64,000 bases of DNA from an uncultured Collinsella sp. (GTDB taxonomy: Bacteria > Actinomycetota > Coriobacteriia > Coriobacteriales > Coriobacteriaceae). A program made the position numbers and the translations under genes. Below, piece after piece: positions 50,006 to 60,777 of this stretch (position 1 is the stretch's first letter; the number at the start of each line of letters is the position of its first letter). The stretch is taken from NCBI GenBank assembly GCA_900543505.1, contig UQSB01000002.1, positions 15,663 to 79,662 of the forward strand, in the 5' to 3' direction. Under the pieces are notes generated by a model that saw only the letters and a program-made list of their open reading frames with translations, made no database searches and had not been told where the DNA came from.

Positions 50006-51826
50006 ATGTCCGTTGAGGTCATGAGGTCTGTGATCGATGCTGCCGAGGGCCGCGTGCCCGTCGACACGCTGTTTACCAATGCGCAGATTGTCGACGTATA
50101 TGGCCAGCGCGTGGCGCCCGGTAGCGTTGCCGTCAAGGACGGCGTAATCGTCGGCGTGCTCTACGACGGTCGCGACGATGCCGCCGGCACCTACGAGGCG
50201 GCTGAGGTCATTGACTGCCAGGGTCGCTATATCGCCCCCGGCTTTATCGACGGACATCTGCATATCGAGTCCTCGAACATCCGTCCCGCCGAGTATGCGC
50301 GCATGGCGGCGACGCGCGGCACCACCACTGCCATCGCCGACAGCCACGAGATCGCCAACGTTTCCGGCCTGAACGGCCTGCGCTTTATGATCGAGGACGG
50401 CCGTCGCGCGCCCATTTCCATCAAGTACATGATGCCCTCGTGCGTGCCCGCGCTGCCCGATGAGCAAGCGGGCGCTGTGATTACCGCCGCTGACATGCAG
50501 GCGTTTTTTGCCGAGTATCCGGGCGATGTCTTTGGTCTGGGCGAAATGATGAACCTGCCGGGTGTCTTTATGGCCGATCCTGAGACCTGCGCTCGCATCG
50601 ACGCTGCCAACCAGACGCCGTCCAAGCAGGTCGACGGCCATGCGCCACTTGTTGCCGGCAAAGACCTCAACGCCTATGCCGCAGCGGGTATTATCGCCGA
50701 CCACGAGTCGACGATTCCCGAGGAGGCGCTCGATAAGCTGTCCCGCGGCATGTATGTGATGCTGCGCGAGGGCACGTGCAGCCACGACCTGGCCAACTTG
50801 TCGCCGATGCTGCTGGAGAACCCCGCCCGCGCCCGTCGCTGCTGCTTTGCGACCGACGACCGTGCTCCTTCCGACGCGCTTTCGACCGGTATGATCGACA
50901 ATGCCTGTCGCGTGGCTATCGAGGCCGGCATCGACCCGGTGGTCGCCATCTCCATGGCGTCCCTTTCTACGGCTGAGGCATTTGGCCTGGACCACGGCTG
51001 CCGCGACCCACACGAGCTCCGTGGCGCGATCGCCCCGGGCAAGTGCGCCGACCTGCTGGTGCTCGATGACCTTACGTTTGCCAAGGCTCCGCATCGTGTT
51101 TATGCCGCCGGTGCCCTGGTGGCGCAGGATGGCACCTTTGTGGGCGAAATTGCACCCGAGATGGCCGAGGTTGCGGCCCTTGCCGATGGGCTGCGTGCTT
51201 CCGTTAAGCTGCCGAAGCTATCGCTCGACGTGTTCGACTATGCCTTTAAGCCGGGCGAGGCCGTGATCGACGTGGTGCCGGGCAAGGCCATCACGGGCAT
51301 GGCTCGTCCCGAGAATGCCGAGGGCCTGCGCCGCATTATGCTGATCGAGCGCCACGGCCGCGGCTTGTCACTGCAGGCCGAGGGGGCCGACGGTGATGGC
51401 CCTGCGGGCCTGGGTCTTGTTGGCAAGCACATTGGTCGCGGCTGGGTGCGTGGCTTTACCATTACGGGCGGTGCCATCGCCTCGACGATCGGCCACGACT
51501 CGCACAACGTGTGCGTGGTGGGCGACAACGCGGCCGATATGATGGCTGCCGTTGAGGCCGTGGGCCAGGGCGGCCACGTGCTGGTGCGTAACGGCGAGGT
51601 CGTGGCGCGCATTCCGCTGGCGCTCGGTGGCCTTATGAGCGAAGGCACGGCCGAGGACGTTGCCGCGCAGCACGACGACTTTATGGTCAAGGCACGCGCC
51701 ATGGGTATTGAGCCGCCGCTCGACCCCATCATGGGCATCATCTTCCTGCCCCTGCCGGTTATCCCGACGCTCCGCATCCGCCCCGAGGGCATGTTCGACG
51801 TTACAACCTTCACCTACGCCGACTAG
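50006..51826 (+). CDS. ade: Adenine deaminase
   Basis: About 600 aa amidohydrolase with FIDGHLHIESS motif typical of Ade. Confidence 0.8.
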   Translation: MSVEVMRSVIDAAEGRVPVDTLFTNAQIVDVYGQRVAPGSVAVKDGVIVGVLYDGRDDAAGTYEAAEVIDCQGRYIAPGFIDGHLHIESSNIRPAEYARMAATRGTTTAIADSHEIANVSGLNGLRFMIEDGRRAPISIKYMMPSCVPALPDEQAGAVITAADMQAFFAEYPGDVFGLGEMMNLPGVFMADPETCARIDAANQTPSKQVDGHAPLVAGKDLNAYAAAGIIADHESTIPEEALDKLSRGMYVMLREGTCSHDLANLSPMLLENPARARRCCFATDDRAPSDALSTGMIDNACRVAIEAGIDPVVAISMASLSTAEAFGLDHGCRDPHELRGAIAPGKCADLLVLDDLTFAKAPHRVYAAGALVAQDGTFVGEIAPEMAEVAALADGLRASVKLPKLSLDVFDYAFKPGEAVIDVVPGKAITGMARPENAEGLRRIMLIERHGRGLSLQAEGADGDGPAGLGLVGKHIGRGWVRGFTITGGAIASTIGHDSHNVCVVGDNAADMMAAVEAVGQGGHVLVRNGEVVARIPLALGGLMSEGTAEDVAAQHDDFMVKARAMGIEPPLDPIMGIIFLPLPVIPTLRIRPEGMFDVTTFTYAD

Positions 51827-51929
51827 TCATCGGGGTGGCGTGTCGCCTGACGCCGCGACCGTGAGACCTCTGGCATGTGTGAGCTATTTGCCAGGTCCTT
51901 GTAACGTTTACGCCCGCGGAGTCTTATTT

Positions 51930-51993
51930 GAGCTCCCTTTGGGTACGTTGGAATCGGATACACGTTCGATTCCAACAAGCCCGAAGGGAGCTT
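51930..51993 (+). promoter_or_regulatory. Long imperfect hairpin whose 3' arm contains the RBS (AAGGGAG) of the downstream Cof hydrolase gene; candidate translational control element
   Basis: gagctccctttggg...ttggaatcg...cgattccaa...cccgaagggagctt read directly; ATG 5 nt after the hairpin. Confidence 0.4.
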
Positions 51994-51997
51994 TTCT

Positions 51998-52792
51998 ATG
52001 TTTAAACTGATTGCATCCGATATGGACGGCACGCTGCTTGACGAAAACGGCCAGGTGCCTCCCGAGACCTACGAACTGATTCTGGCGCTACACGAGCATG
52101 GCGTGCATTTCGCCGCATCGTCAGGTCGTCGCTACGATCGCCTGTGCGAGTTCTTTGCGCCCGTTCGCGACAAGATGGACTTTGTCGCCGCTAACGGCGC
52201 CCAAGTCTACGCCGACGGTAAGATGGTAGACCGTGAGGTGTATTCGCACCTGGCGATTCGAAGGCTCGCCCAGGCCGTCGCGACGTTTCCCAATCTGCAT
52301 CTTGCGCTCTTTGACCGTACCAAGTCCTTCCTGCTCGATGACGAGAGCAAGTTCGTGCGTGAGGTCGATAAGGACCTTCCCAATGCCGAGCGCATTTGGG
52401 AGCTGCCCGATCCCAGCGTAAATATCATCAAGGCGAGTATCTTTTGCGACGACAGTGCGGTTATGGACAGTGCGTACGTGCTACAGCGCGAACTTGGTCA
52501 GCTCTTTACTTTTGCGCCTTCGGGCAACGCGTGGATCGATGCCATGCAGCCTGGTGTGTCGAAGGCCTCGGGTATCGCGCAGCTCGCGGAGCATTACGGC
52601 ATTGGTCGCGACGAGGTCATGGCGTTTGGCGACTCGATGAACGACTACGAGATCATTCGCTTTGTCGGCACGGGCTGCGCGATGGAAAACGCGCGCCCCG
52701 CGCTTAAGGCGGTGGCCGATCGCGTGGTGGGTTGCAACCGCGACCACGCCGTCCAGCAGGAGCTCCGTCGCGTGCTGGAGAGTCTCTCCTAA
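51998..52792 (+). CDS. Cof-type HAD-IIB phosphatase
   Basis: DMDGTLL motif, Cof family architecture. Confidence 0.8.
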   Translation: MFKLIASDMDGTLLDENGQVPPETYELILALHEHGVHFAASSGRRYDRLCEFFAPVRDKMDFVAANGAQVYADGKMVDREVYSHLAIRRLAQAVATFPNLHLALFDRTKSFLLDDESKFVREVDKDLPNAERIWELPDPSVNIIKASIFCDDSAVMDSAYVLQRELGQLFTFAPSGNAWIDAMQPGVSKASGIAQLAEHYGIGRDEVMAFGDSMNDYEIIRFVGTGCAMENARPALKAVADRVVGCNRDHAVQQELRRVLESLS

Positions 52793-52799
52793 TTCGGCA

Positions 52800-52915
52800 G
52801 ATGGGGACGTTCCTTTTCTGCCGACAGTGGGGGACAGTCCTTGCAGCTTTTTGCGAAGAGTGTCCCCAGTGACTAGTCGTTTAAGAACGTCCCCAATGAC
52901 TGACCAATGACTAGG
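52800..52915. repeat. Copy C of the GGGGACGTTCC repeat family, followed by inverted copies (gtgtcccca...aacgtcccca) and ATGACTAG repeats
   Basis: Direct reading. Confidence 0.55.
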
Positions 52916-53753
52916 CGAGGGCGGCCATGATGGTGCGGGCGACGCCGTCGTGGTCGTTGTCGTATTCGGTGATGGCGTCGGCGGCCTCGCGATCTTCGGG
53001 CTCGGCGTTGATCATGGCCATGCCATGGCCCGCTGCCTGCAGCATGGGGATGTCGTTGATGTTGTCGCCGAACGCCCAGGCGTCGGCGAGACGCTCGCCC
53101 AGATGCTCACACAGCCACGTGAGGGCCGTTCCCTTGGTGGCGCCTTCGCCCATAACCTCGATATTCATGGCGTACGAACGCGTGACCTCAATGCCTCCGA
53201 GCGTGTCGAGCGCCGCCGCGATGGCGTCGCGATCGGCGGGGTCGTGCCAGTACATAGCGATGCGTTCGAGCGTCTCGACCTCGTCGATTTTGCTGTCGAT
53301 ATTCATGTCGATCGGCGTTCGTGTGCGCTTGAGCGAAGCCGCGATGTGGGGGTCGCCGCCACAGAACTCATCCAGACGCCCGTATAGCGAGCGGGGGAGG
53401 AAACACTGCCCGTCCGCGAAGATATCGAAGGTGACGTCATGGCCGGTGGCAATGCTATGGACGTGGTGGGCGATGGCGCGGTCGAGCGGACGGCTCAAGA
53501 TGCACGTGGCGCGCGAGGCGTCGGTGGGCGTATCCTCGTCGAGCTGCCAGACGCTGGCGCCGTTGGCACAGACCGCGTAGTGCACGGCGGGATGGGCGAG
53601 AATGGGCTTAAAGATGCCCGACAGTGGACGTCCCGTGCAGGGAACAAACTCGATGCCACGACGTGCGAGCTCGTCGAGCATCGCCCAGGTGGCATCGCTC
53701 ATTTGCTTATCGCTCGTCAGCAGCGTCCCATCCATATCGGAAAACACAATCAT
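52911..53753 (-). CDS. Cof-type HAD-IIB phosphatase (second, convergent)
   Basis: SDMDGTLL motif. Confidence 0.8.
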   Translation of the reverse strand: MIVFSDMDGTLLTSDKQMSDATWAMLDELARRGIEFVPCTGRPLSGIFKPILAHPAVHYAVCANGASVWQLDEDTPTDASRATCILSRPLDRAIAHHVHSIATGHDVTFDIFADGQCFLPRSLYGRLDEFCGGDPHIAASLKRTRTPIDMNIDSKIDEVETLERIAMYWHDPADRDAIAAALDTLGGIEVTRSYAMNIEVMGEGATKGTALTWLCEHLGERLADAWAFGDNINDIPMLQAAGHGMAMINAEPEDREAADAITEYDNDHDGVARTIMAALA

Positions 53754-53839
53754 TTGATGCAGCCCTTTCTACTGGCATAAAAAGCGTGGCCGAGGGCTTG
53801 GGTCCCTGGCCACGCTCGAGTTCTATAACGGTCCGCGTC

Positions 53840-55258
53840 CTAGCGGTCGGCGAGCGGCTTGTACTCCAGCGGCTCGATCACCGGACGATAGGCGGGGCGG
53901 ATGATACGGTGCGCGCAGAAGAGCTCTTCCATACGGTGTGCCGACCAGCCGGCCATGCGGGCGACGGCGAATAGCGGCGTAAAGAGCGTTTCGGGCACGC
54001 CGAGCATCTTGTAGATAAAGCCCGTGTACAGGTCGATGTTGGCGCAGATGGGCTTGGTCATGCCGTGGTCGCGCATGACCTGGGGTGCCAGGCGCTCGAT
54101 GCGCTCGATGAGCGCGAACTCATCGCCCAGGTTCTTCTTGGCGGCAAGTGTGCGCGCGTAACGACGGCAGACCTCGGCGCGCGGGTCGCTGAGCGTATAG
54201 ACGGCGTGGCCCATGCCGTAGATGAGGCCCGTGCCGTCGAAGGCCTGCTTGTCGAGGATCTTGCCCAGGTAGGCCGCGACCTCGTCCTCGTCCTCCCAGT
54301 TGGAGACATGCGCGCGGATGTCCTCGTGCATAGACACGACCTTGGCATTGGCACCACCGTGGCGCGGGCCCTTGAGCGAGCCGATAGCCGCGGCGTAGGC
54401 GGAATACGGGTCGGTGGCCGAAGACGACAGCACGCGGCAAGCGAAGGTGGAGTTGTTGCCGCCGCCGTGCTCGGCATGCAGCATGAGCATAACGTCGAGC
54501 AGCATCGCCTCATCGCGGGTGAACGCCATGCCGCCGCGCAGGACCTGTAGGATGGTCTCGGCGGTGGAGAGACCGGGCGTAGGGTGCGGCACGTGAACCT
54601 CGGAGCCGCGAAGCTTGGCGACCGAGGCCATGTGTGCGAAGGCGGCGATGCGCGGGAGACGTGCGAGCATGGAAATGGCGACGTCGATTTCGTGCTCGGG
54701 CGTGATCACGTCTGGTTCGGCATCGAAGGCGTAGAGCAGCAGTACGGCGCGCTGGAGCACGTTCATGATGCTCGACGATACCGTGGTCATAGGGAACTCT
54801 TTAACGTACTCGTCGCTCAGGTGCCTAAAAGCACCCAGACGTTCGCAAAAACCGTCAAGCTCTTCCTTGGTGGGCAGAGAGCCCGTAATGAGCAGATAAG
54901 CGACCTCTTCGTAGCCGTAGCGATTCTCGGCCTGGGCGTTGTTGACCAGATCCTCGATGCTGTAGCCACGAAGCGTGAGTTTGCCCTGATCGGGCACGAC
55001 CTTACTGTCGACCTTGTTGTAGCCATGCACATCCGAGATGCGAGTGAGGCCCGCGACCACGCCCGAACCGTCTGCATTGCGCAGGCCGCGCTTGACATTG
55101 TGCTCGACAAACAGGTCCTCGTCATAAGGGTCGGTCGGCAGGCCGTGGTAGAGGTTTTCGCTTTCGGGCGAAATCTGACGGCTCGCCTCGTAATCCAGAA
55201 CCAGGCGGCTCAAGTGGTCATCGAAGCGGTAATAGATTTTCTTGGCGTCGTAGGCCAT
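53840..55258 (-). CDS. Citrate synthase family protein
   Basis: GxGHAVxxxxDPR signature (GMGHAVYTLSDPR) and LHAEHGGGNNSTF motif. Confidence 0.8.
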   Translation of the reverse strand: MAYDAKKIYYRFDDHLSRLVLDYEASRQISPESENLYHGLPTDPYDEDLFVEHNVKRGLRNADGSGVVAGLTRISDVHGYNKVDSKVVPDQGKLTLRGYSIEDLVNNAQAENRYGYEEVAYLLITGSLPTKEELDGFCERLGAFRHLSDEYVKEFPMTTVSSSIMNVLQRAVLLLYAFDAEPDVITPEHEIDVAISMLARLPRIAAFAHMASVAKLRGSEVHVPHPTPGLSTAETILQVLRGGMAFTRDEAMLLDVMLMLHAEHGGGNNSTFACRVLSSSATDPYSAYAAAIGSLKGPRHGGANAKVVSMHEDIRAHVSNWEDEDEVAAYLGKILDKQAFDGTGLIYGMGHAVYTLSDPRAEVCRRYARTLAAKKNLGDEFALIERIERLAPQVMRDHGMTKPICANIDLYTGFIYKMLGVPETLFTPLFAVARMAGWSAHRMEELFCAHRIIRPAYRPVIEPLEYKPLADR

Positions 55259-55335
55259 GCGCGCTCCTCTCCGGGCCGCATCGGGGTGACTTGCATGGGC
55301 ATGCGCGCGTCAGGCTATCCCCAGCGGCTTGCTCG

Positions 55336-55623
55336 CTACAGGCGGTACATAAAGTTAAAGACGTCCTCGCGCTGGATGGACACGTTGACGCCCGAAAGCT
55401 CGCCGGCCTCGGCCAGCGCCTTCTGCAGCTCGGCGAAGTCGAGCTTGGACTCGGCGGTATCGGCCAGCATGGTCATGGTGAAGATGTCCTCGATAATGGA
55501 CTGCGTGATGTCGCGGATGTCGACGTTGGCCTCGCCTAGGACACGGGTGACGCCGGCGACGATGCCGGGGCGGTTCTTGCCAAGGACGGTGATGACGATA
55601 CGGGAGGACGAGATCTCGGCCAT
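55336..55623 (-). CDS. ACT domain-containing protein (small, UPF0237-like)
   Basis: ACT fold motif ITVLGKNRPGIVAGVT. Confidence 0.7.
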   Translation of the reverse strand: MAEISSSRIVITVLGKNRPGIVAGVTRVLGEANVDIRDITQSIIEDIFTMTMLADTAESKLDFAELQKALAEAGELSGVNVSIQREDVFNFMYRL

Positions 55624-56019
55624 GGGAAACCCTTTCGCGTGATTGCGGCGCGCGCGGGGCGCTCCGCTACGGTACAGTGTTCATCATTGTACCTGTCTGG
55701 CGCAAAAAAGGCGCGCTCGCTGCGGCGTTACATGCCTGCAACATGAGCGTAAGGGGGAAGGCCGCACGGGGAAGAGCCGTCTGGCGCGTGTCCGGCTCGT
55801 GTTGGGTTGATTTCCGATCTCAGCCGAACACATTGAGCGGACAGGCCGTTCCCGCAGTCAGCCGAACGCCTCCGACGGCTGATTCCGAACTGGAAGCGGA
55901 GGGCATCCCCGCCCTTCGGTAGGGGATACCGCTCCGCGGCGCATGCCGCGGGCGGCGCCCCTATCGGACCACCGTGACCTCAGTTGGGATGGGCCCAGCA
56001 CTGCCGCGTACTCGGTGAG

Positions 56020-56715
56020 CTAGAGCCAACTGTTCGTCTTCACGTCGCGTATGGCGATATTTCGGTCGTCCGGCTCGGTGATGCCGTAGCCGAACGCCTG
56101 GAGCGTCTCGATGGACTCCTGGATCCTCTGTTGGAACATGGGACCCGGATCGACCCTCGGCCCGAGGTGCCCGCGCCAAAGGCACGGCGTGGCGCGCAGC
56201 ATGTTATGGATTTTGGAGATGGGCTCGATGTCGGCGTAGACGTTGAGCGTCGCCATGGCGTCCTTGTGGCCGAGGATCGATTGGAGCGCCTTGATATCGC
56301 CGCCTTGGCGGATCCACTGCGTTGCGAACGTGTGGCGAAGGCCGTGGAACGTGATCAGCTCGTCGTTGGTGCCCATGAGGCCGTTGGTCTCCGAGAACGT
56401 CTTGAACGCCCTGCGGATATAGCTTGTCGTCGCGAAGGTCGCGCCCGGCTCCGACAGGATGTAGCAGTCCCCGATCTCGACCGCCCCGGTAAGGCCGCGC
56501 AAGCGCAGCTTTCCGCAGTCGATCTCGTGGGTCTCCTTCAGGAAGGGGAGTAGGCCGACCGGGTCGATGGGGATACCCCTGGCGTCATGGGTCTTGGTGT
56601 CCTTGATGAACGAACCCATTCCCTTCGCGTACGCCACCGAGTGTCTGATCGAGATCAGGCCCGTCTCGAAATCCACATCGCACCACCGAAGGCCGCAGAC
56701 CTCGCCGATTCGCAT
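56020..56715 (-). pseudogene. N-terminally truncated tyrosine-type site-specific recombinase (catalytic domain only)
   Basis: Catalytic R (LRWCDVD context), HGLRHTFAT, ILGH, Y-containing C-terminus; no room for an N-terminal domain before the upstream gene. Confidence 0.6.
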
Positions 56716-56745
56716 CCCCGTGTGCAGGGCGAGTACGACCGCCCT

Positions 56746-56997
56746 CTAATCCTCGGCGGACCAATCGAGTCCGAACTCCTTTCGGGCATCCTCTTCGCTC
56801 ATGACTTCGAGAAGGTCTCCGGGTTGGCAACGAAGGGCGAGGCATAGCTGCTCGAGTGTGTTGAAGCGAATGCCGCGAATATGCCCTTTTTTAATACGGG
56901 ACAGGTTCACGGGCGTGGTTCCAATCCTTTCGGCAAGTTCGTTCGAGGAAATCTTTCGCTCGGCCATGATCTTGTCGAGGCGAACAATTACGGGCAT
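56746..56997 (-). CDS. YozG-like XRE-family HTH regulator
   Basis: MPVIVRLDKIMAERKISSNELAERIG... typical of the small HTH partner of DUF2975 proteins. Confidence 0.75.
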   Translation of the reverse strand: MPVIVRLDKIMAERKISSNELAERIGTTPVNLSRIKKGHIRGIRFNTLEQLCLALRCQPGDLLEVMSEEDARKEFGLDWSAED

Positions 56998-57006
56998 GGC
57001 GTTTCC

Positions 57007-57519
57007 TTACGCAATCTCGTCGGAGTCGAGGTACAGCTCTCGGGCGTACAAGAAGAGCTGGGAAAGCATGAACAGGACGATGCCGAGAACCAGAGAGGTC
57101 CAATCGAATGATGAAGCGATCTCTTGGGCGCCGACGGCCCCCTCGCCGCCAAACATCGAAACGGAGGTTTTGAGTGAGCCGGCGTAGAGGCTGGTGGCAG
57201 CTTGAACAACGAAGAGAATGCCGAGCACCTTCAAGCATGTCGCAGACCCTTTCTTGAAGGGGTCTCCGCTCTTGATCGTCCACACGAGAACGGCGCTGAG
57301 GATGGTCGTAGCGATACCGATGACGGCAGGGACCAATGTCGAGATCGCAAGGGCTGGATACGCGGGGGAGTCTGCAATTACAGGGTTGTCGAGCACTTCG
57401 ATTGCTGGCTTTAAGGAGAACGCCACTTGTGCGATGGCGGTGGCGCAAAGGGTCGCAGAGGCTATCGCACATGCGATGCGGAAGGAATGAAGCCGGGGAG
57501 TGCGATTGTCGGAACTCAT
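57007..57519 (-). CDS. DUF2975 family membrane protein
   Basis: 4-TM small membrane protein immediately upstream of a YozG-like HTH; family assignment by recall. Confidence 0.55.
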   Translation of the reverse strand: MSSDNRTPRLHSFRIACAIASATLCATAIAQVAFSLKPAIEVLDNPVIADSPAYPALAISTLVPAVIGIATTILSAVLVWTIKSGDPFKKGSATCLKVLGILFVVQAATSLYAGSLKTSVSMFGGEGAVGAQEIASSFDWTSLVLGIVLFMLSQLFLYARELYLDSDEIA

Positions 57520-57636
57520 AATAACCTCCGAAGAATTTAAAAAACTCAGGTTACTTTTTAACAGTTTATGTTAAATTGACTTTGCCGGCAAGTAATAAGG
57601 GCCGAGCATTTTGTTCGGCCCCTCTGTTCCGACTGG

Positions 57637-59878
57637 ATGAGGTTAAGGTTGGCGATGAACATGCTCAAAATCTCGAAGGCGATCTTTAGGTCGCTTCTCT
57701 CCTCCAGGTCGCTCTGTGTTGTCGTTGTTGCGTTGATGGTTCTTTGTGCTCTGCCCGTCTTCAGGAGCGCGGCTGGCATCGACGGACGGGTCGAATACCT
57801 CGAGTCGGGAATAACCCGTGTTGAGCAGGAATTGTCAGCATCCTATGCGGATGCGCTTGTGAATGCGGGGGAGGACGGTGTCTATACCTCTTCATCAAGC
57901 ATGCCCGCGCTTCTGTACCCTCTTGCCGCGGGACGTCTTATCTTGGCACCGCTCTCTCCCCTACTTCCGTTTCTGCAGATATCGGATGGAGAGTACACCT
58001 ATTATGACGGATCGAAGGAGTACTTGCTATGGGTCGCAACGGCCGTTGCCGTCTCGTTCCTTGCCGCGCGTCTTAACAAACGTGAAAAGCTCATCATCCA
58101 GGCACCGATGGGCGAGCTGGGTAGACTTGTTGCATCGAGCGTATGGGCGAGTGTTTTTGCAATGCTTGCCGTCCTCGCCATCAATCTTCCAGGGATAATC
58201 GCCGCGCTTGTGAAGAATGGCCCGGGCTCGCCGTTCTATCCGATAGGCTACATTCAATATGCGACTCCGGTTATCAAACCGGCTTGGCTGGTGTTCGCGC
58301 AGACGGCCATCTTGCAATTCTTGGTGGCAGCGTTCATCTCGCTTGTCGTTCACCTTGCCGTGAAGATTGCCAATAACCCTACGCTTGGAATCGTGTTCGT
58401 ATGTGCCCTGATGGGGGTGACGATGGTTCCCGGGTATTACGGAAGATCCATCGCTTTACGTGAGTTCGCCCTGTTGAATCCCCTTACGTATGCGAACACT
58501 GAGTTGACCGTCGGCGCCTATAGCCCGTACCCGACAACGCAGATAGTGAATCTGCCTGGACTTTGCTTCGAGCGTGGCGCGATTGCCCTCGTATGCGCAA
58601 TCGGGATCGAGGTGCTGGCAATTAGCCTGCTTTGCGTTGCTGGAAAGAGCGGCTGCGCGTGCCCGATATCCCCGATTTGTCTTGAGAGAGGTTCCTTCAC
58701 TGCATCGAGAACGGCAACTCGTTCGAGCGCTTGTGCCTTCGCCGTTGCATACGTAAGAACGATGGGGAAACTGCTCCTGCGTTCTCCTACCCTCGCCGTA
58801 TGCGCGATTGCAATGTCGACGACGATGCTGGCCCCGGCTCTGGTCGAGATGTTTCCTGACGCTGATAACGTTTCCGTTGTTCGGTATAGGGATGGAGAGC
58901 TCCGTTCAATAGATCGGTATCTAGAGCAGAACGCTGCGAATATGGACGTCGAGGGCAAAGCGGCCCTGGAAGACATGCGGGATGCTCTTTCGGGTTTCGT
59001 GTACGCGCCTATGCCTGCGGAGGGGTTTCGAAGCCTTGCGACGTACGAGCGCGCTCGAGGTGAGCTGGGCGCGGCAGATGCGACTCTCCTGCAATCGATC
59101 GGAATCGAGCCGGAGACTCCTTCTCGTGCGGAGGCGCGCGCCCTTCTGCTTGAGTCGATCGCGAGCTTGCCGGACCCCAAGGTTTACGAGTTAAGTACGA
59201 AGATGCCCCCATTAATCCTCCTTTCGTATCTCCAGGCAGCGCTTCCCTCCTTATTTTTGCTGTTGCCCGTGGTTGTCACATCGCTCGCGTGCACCCACCT
59301 GCAGTGTCGTTCCCTTCTGGTTCTCCAGATCCCCGCAACAGCGCATGTGCGTTTTCTGACGGCTGTTGCGCTGGCTCTCCTGCTTGGCTTGGTGCTGCTT
59401 TTGGTGTCGATGGTTCCCGCTGTCGTTGTGTCCGTGATTAAGAACGGTGCGGGTGGATCGGAGTATCCCGTCGCTCTCATTCGGGCGGGAGCTTCGACAA
59501 CGTCCACGGTGGGGGGAGGCGGTGTTGTGCAGTATTCCGTTGCTGGTCATGGCATACGGCGTGATTTCCGTCGTCGCTGCGTTGACAGCAGCGATTAGCC
59601 GCAACTCCGTTGTCACCGGAATGGTTTGCGCGGTTCTCTTGGTGTTGGGTTCGTTGAGCGCTCATGTTGAAAGCGTGGGCATGGGCGTCGCGCTGCTGGC
59701 TCCATTCGCCTCGTTTGATCCCGCTTCCCAGGTGGGGACGATTGGGTTCCTTGGGCGAGGGACGAACGCGATGCCTTTTGGAGAGGTCGTCGGCGCATCG
59801 GGCGCTCTGCTGGTGGTCTTGGGCGCCGTATCTCCGTTGATGGTGCGCCTGAGTGTTCCAAAGATCGAAAGGGGATGA
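57637..59878 (+). CDS. Large ABC-2-type exporter permease, interrupted by a +1 frameshift inside a G6 tract at about 59510-59516 (ORFs 57637..59598 and 59447..59878)
   Basis: Both frames show homology to the permease half of the 60778..62586 paralog (ALTTTTAGNVF vs GASTTSTVGGG; ALLLALLAGG vs VVAALTAAIS); alternative start at 57655. Confidence 0.5.
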
Positions 59879-60624
59879 TCTCGATGATTGACCTTCAAAC
59901 GCTGACGATCTCTTATGGAAAGAAGGTGCTCGTAGATTCGGTGAACGCTGAGTTTGCCCCGGGTACGGTCTACGGTCTCGTCGCTCCGAACGGGCATGGA
60001 AAGACGACGTTGCTGCGTGCGATGGCAGGTTTGCCGGGTCCTCGCGTGGACGGGAGCATCGTTCTGGATGAGGTGCAGGGTACGGGTGCGAGAGAGGTCC
60101 GTTCTATGATCTTCTATGCACCTGGTGAGGGGACGCTGCTGTATCCCGGATTGCGTGCGGAAGATCACCTCAAGATGGTTTGCGATATGTGGCCGCATGC
60201 TCGCGATATCGAAGAGATAGTGGAACAAACGCAGATAGGCGAGTTCGCGAAGATGAGGATCCGCACTCTGAGCCAGGGCATGAAGCAGCAGCTTACCCTG
60301 GCGATTGCGTATGCGACGGGCGCGCGGTACCTTCTATTAGATGAGCCCATGAACGCGCTCGACCCCAGCAGGGTGGACTTGCATTCCGAGATTCTCAGGA
60401 AGCTGGCCGATTCTGGTACGTGCATCATCATGTCATCCCACATCTTGGATTCGGTCGATAGGCTGTGCGATGAGATTCTGTTTTTGAAGGATGGGAGGCT
60501 CATTAGAAGCATTCCGCAAGATGATGCTGCGCCGAAGTCTCCTGGATCCCATTTCGCAAAGCCTGCCGGACGCGCCGAGGGTGCGCTAAGCACGTATCGG
60601 CGACTCTACGAAAAGGGCGGGTAG
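59875..60624 (+). CDS. ABC transporter ATP-binding protein
   Basis: Walker A GLVAPNGHGKTT, signature LSQGMKQQ, Walker B LLLDEP. Confidence 0.85.
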   Translation: MISMIDLQTLTISYGKKVLVDSVNAEFAPGTVYGLVAPNGHGKTTLLRAMAGLPGPRVDGSIVLDEVQGTGAREVRSMIFYAPGEGTLLYPGLRAEDHLKMVCDMWPHARDIEEIVEQTQIGEFAKMRIRTLSQGMKQQLTLAIAYATGARYLLLDEPMNALDPSRVDLHSEILRKLADSGTCIIMSSHILDSVDRLCDEILFLKDGRLIRSIPQDDAAPKSPGSHFAKPAGRAEGALSTYRRLYEKGG

Positions 60625-60777
60625 AAATGCAGGTTAATAATCTATGTGGCCAATGTGATACCGTTGAACCCGCGTATCGATACCGCTCAGCCATTCGCCT
60701 CGCCCCCGTCGCACGTATCTTCATCCGGTCTGTTACTTTTAATCTAACGATTCTTTGAGGAACGTAGGTGCTTCCAA

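Noticed and set aside
55640-56020. tRNA or tmRNA as integration target next to the integrase fragment
   Set aside because: Scanned both strands for GGTTCGANTCC-like T-arm, CCA-proximal acceptor pairing and tmRNA tag-reading-frame features; none found.
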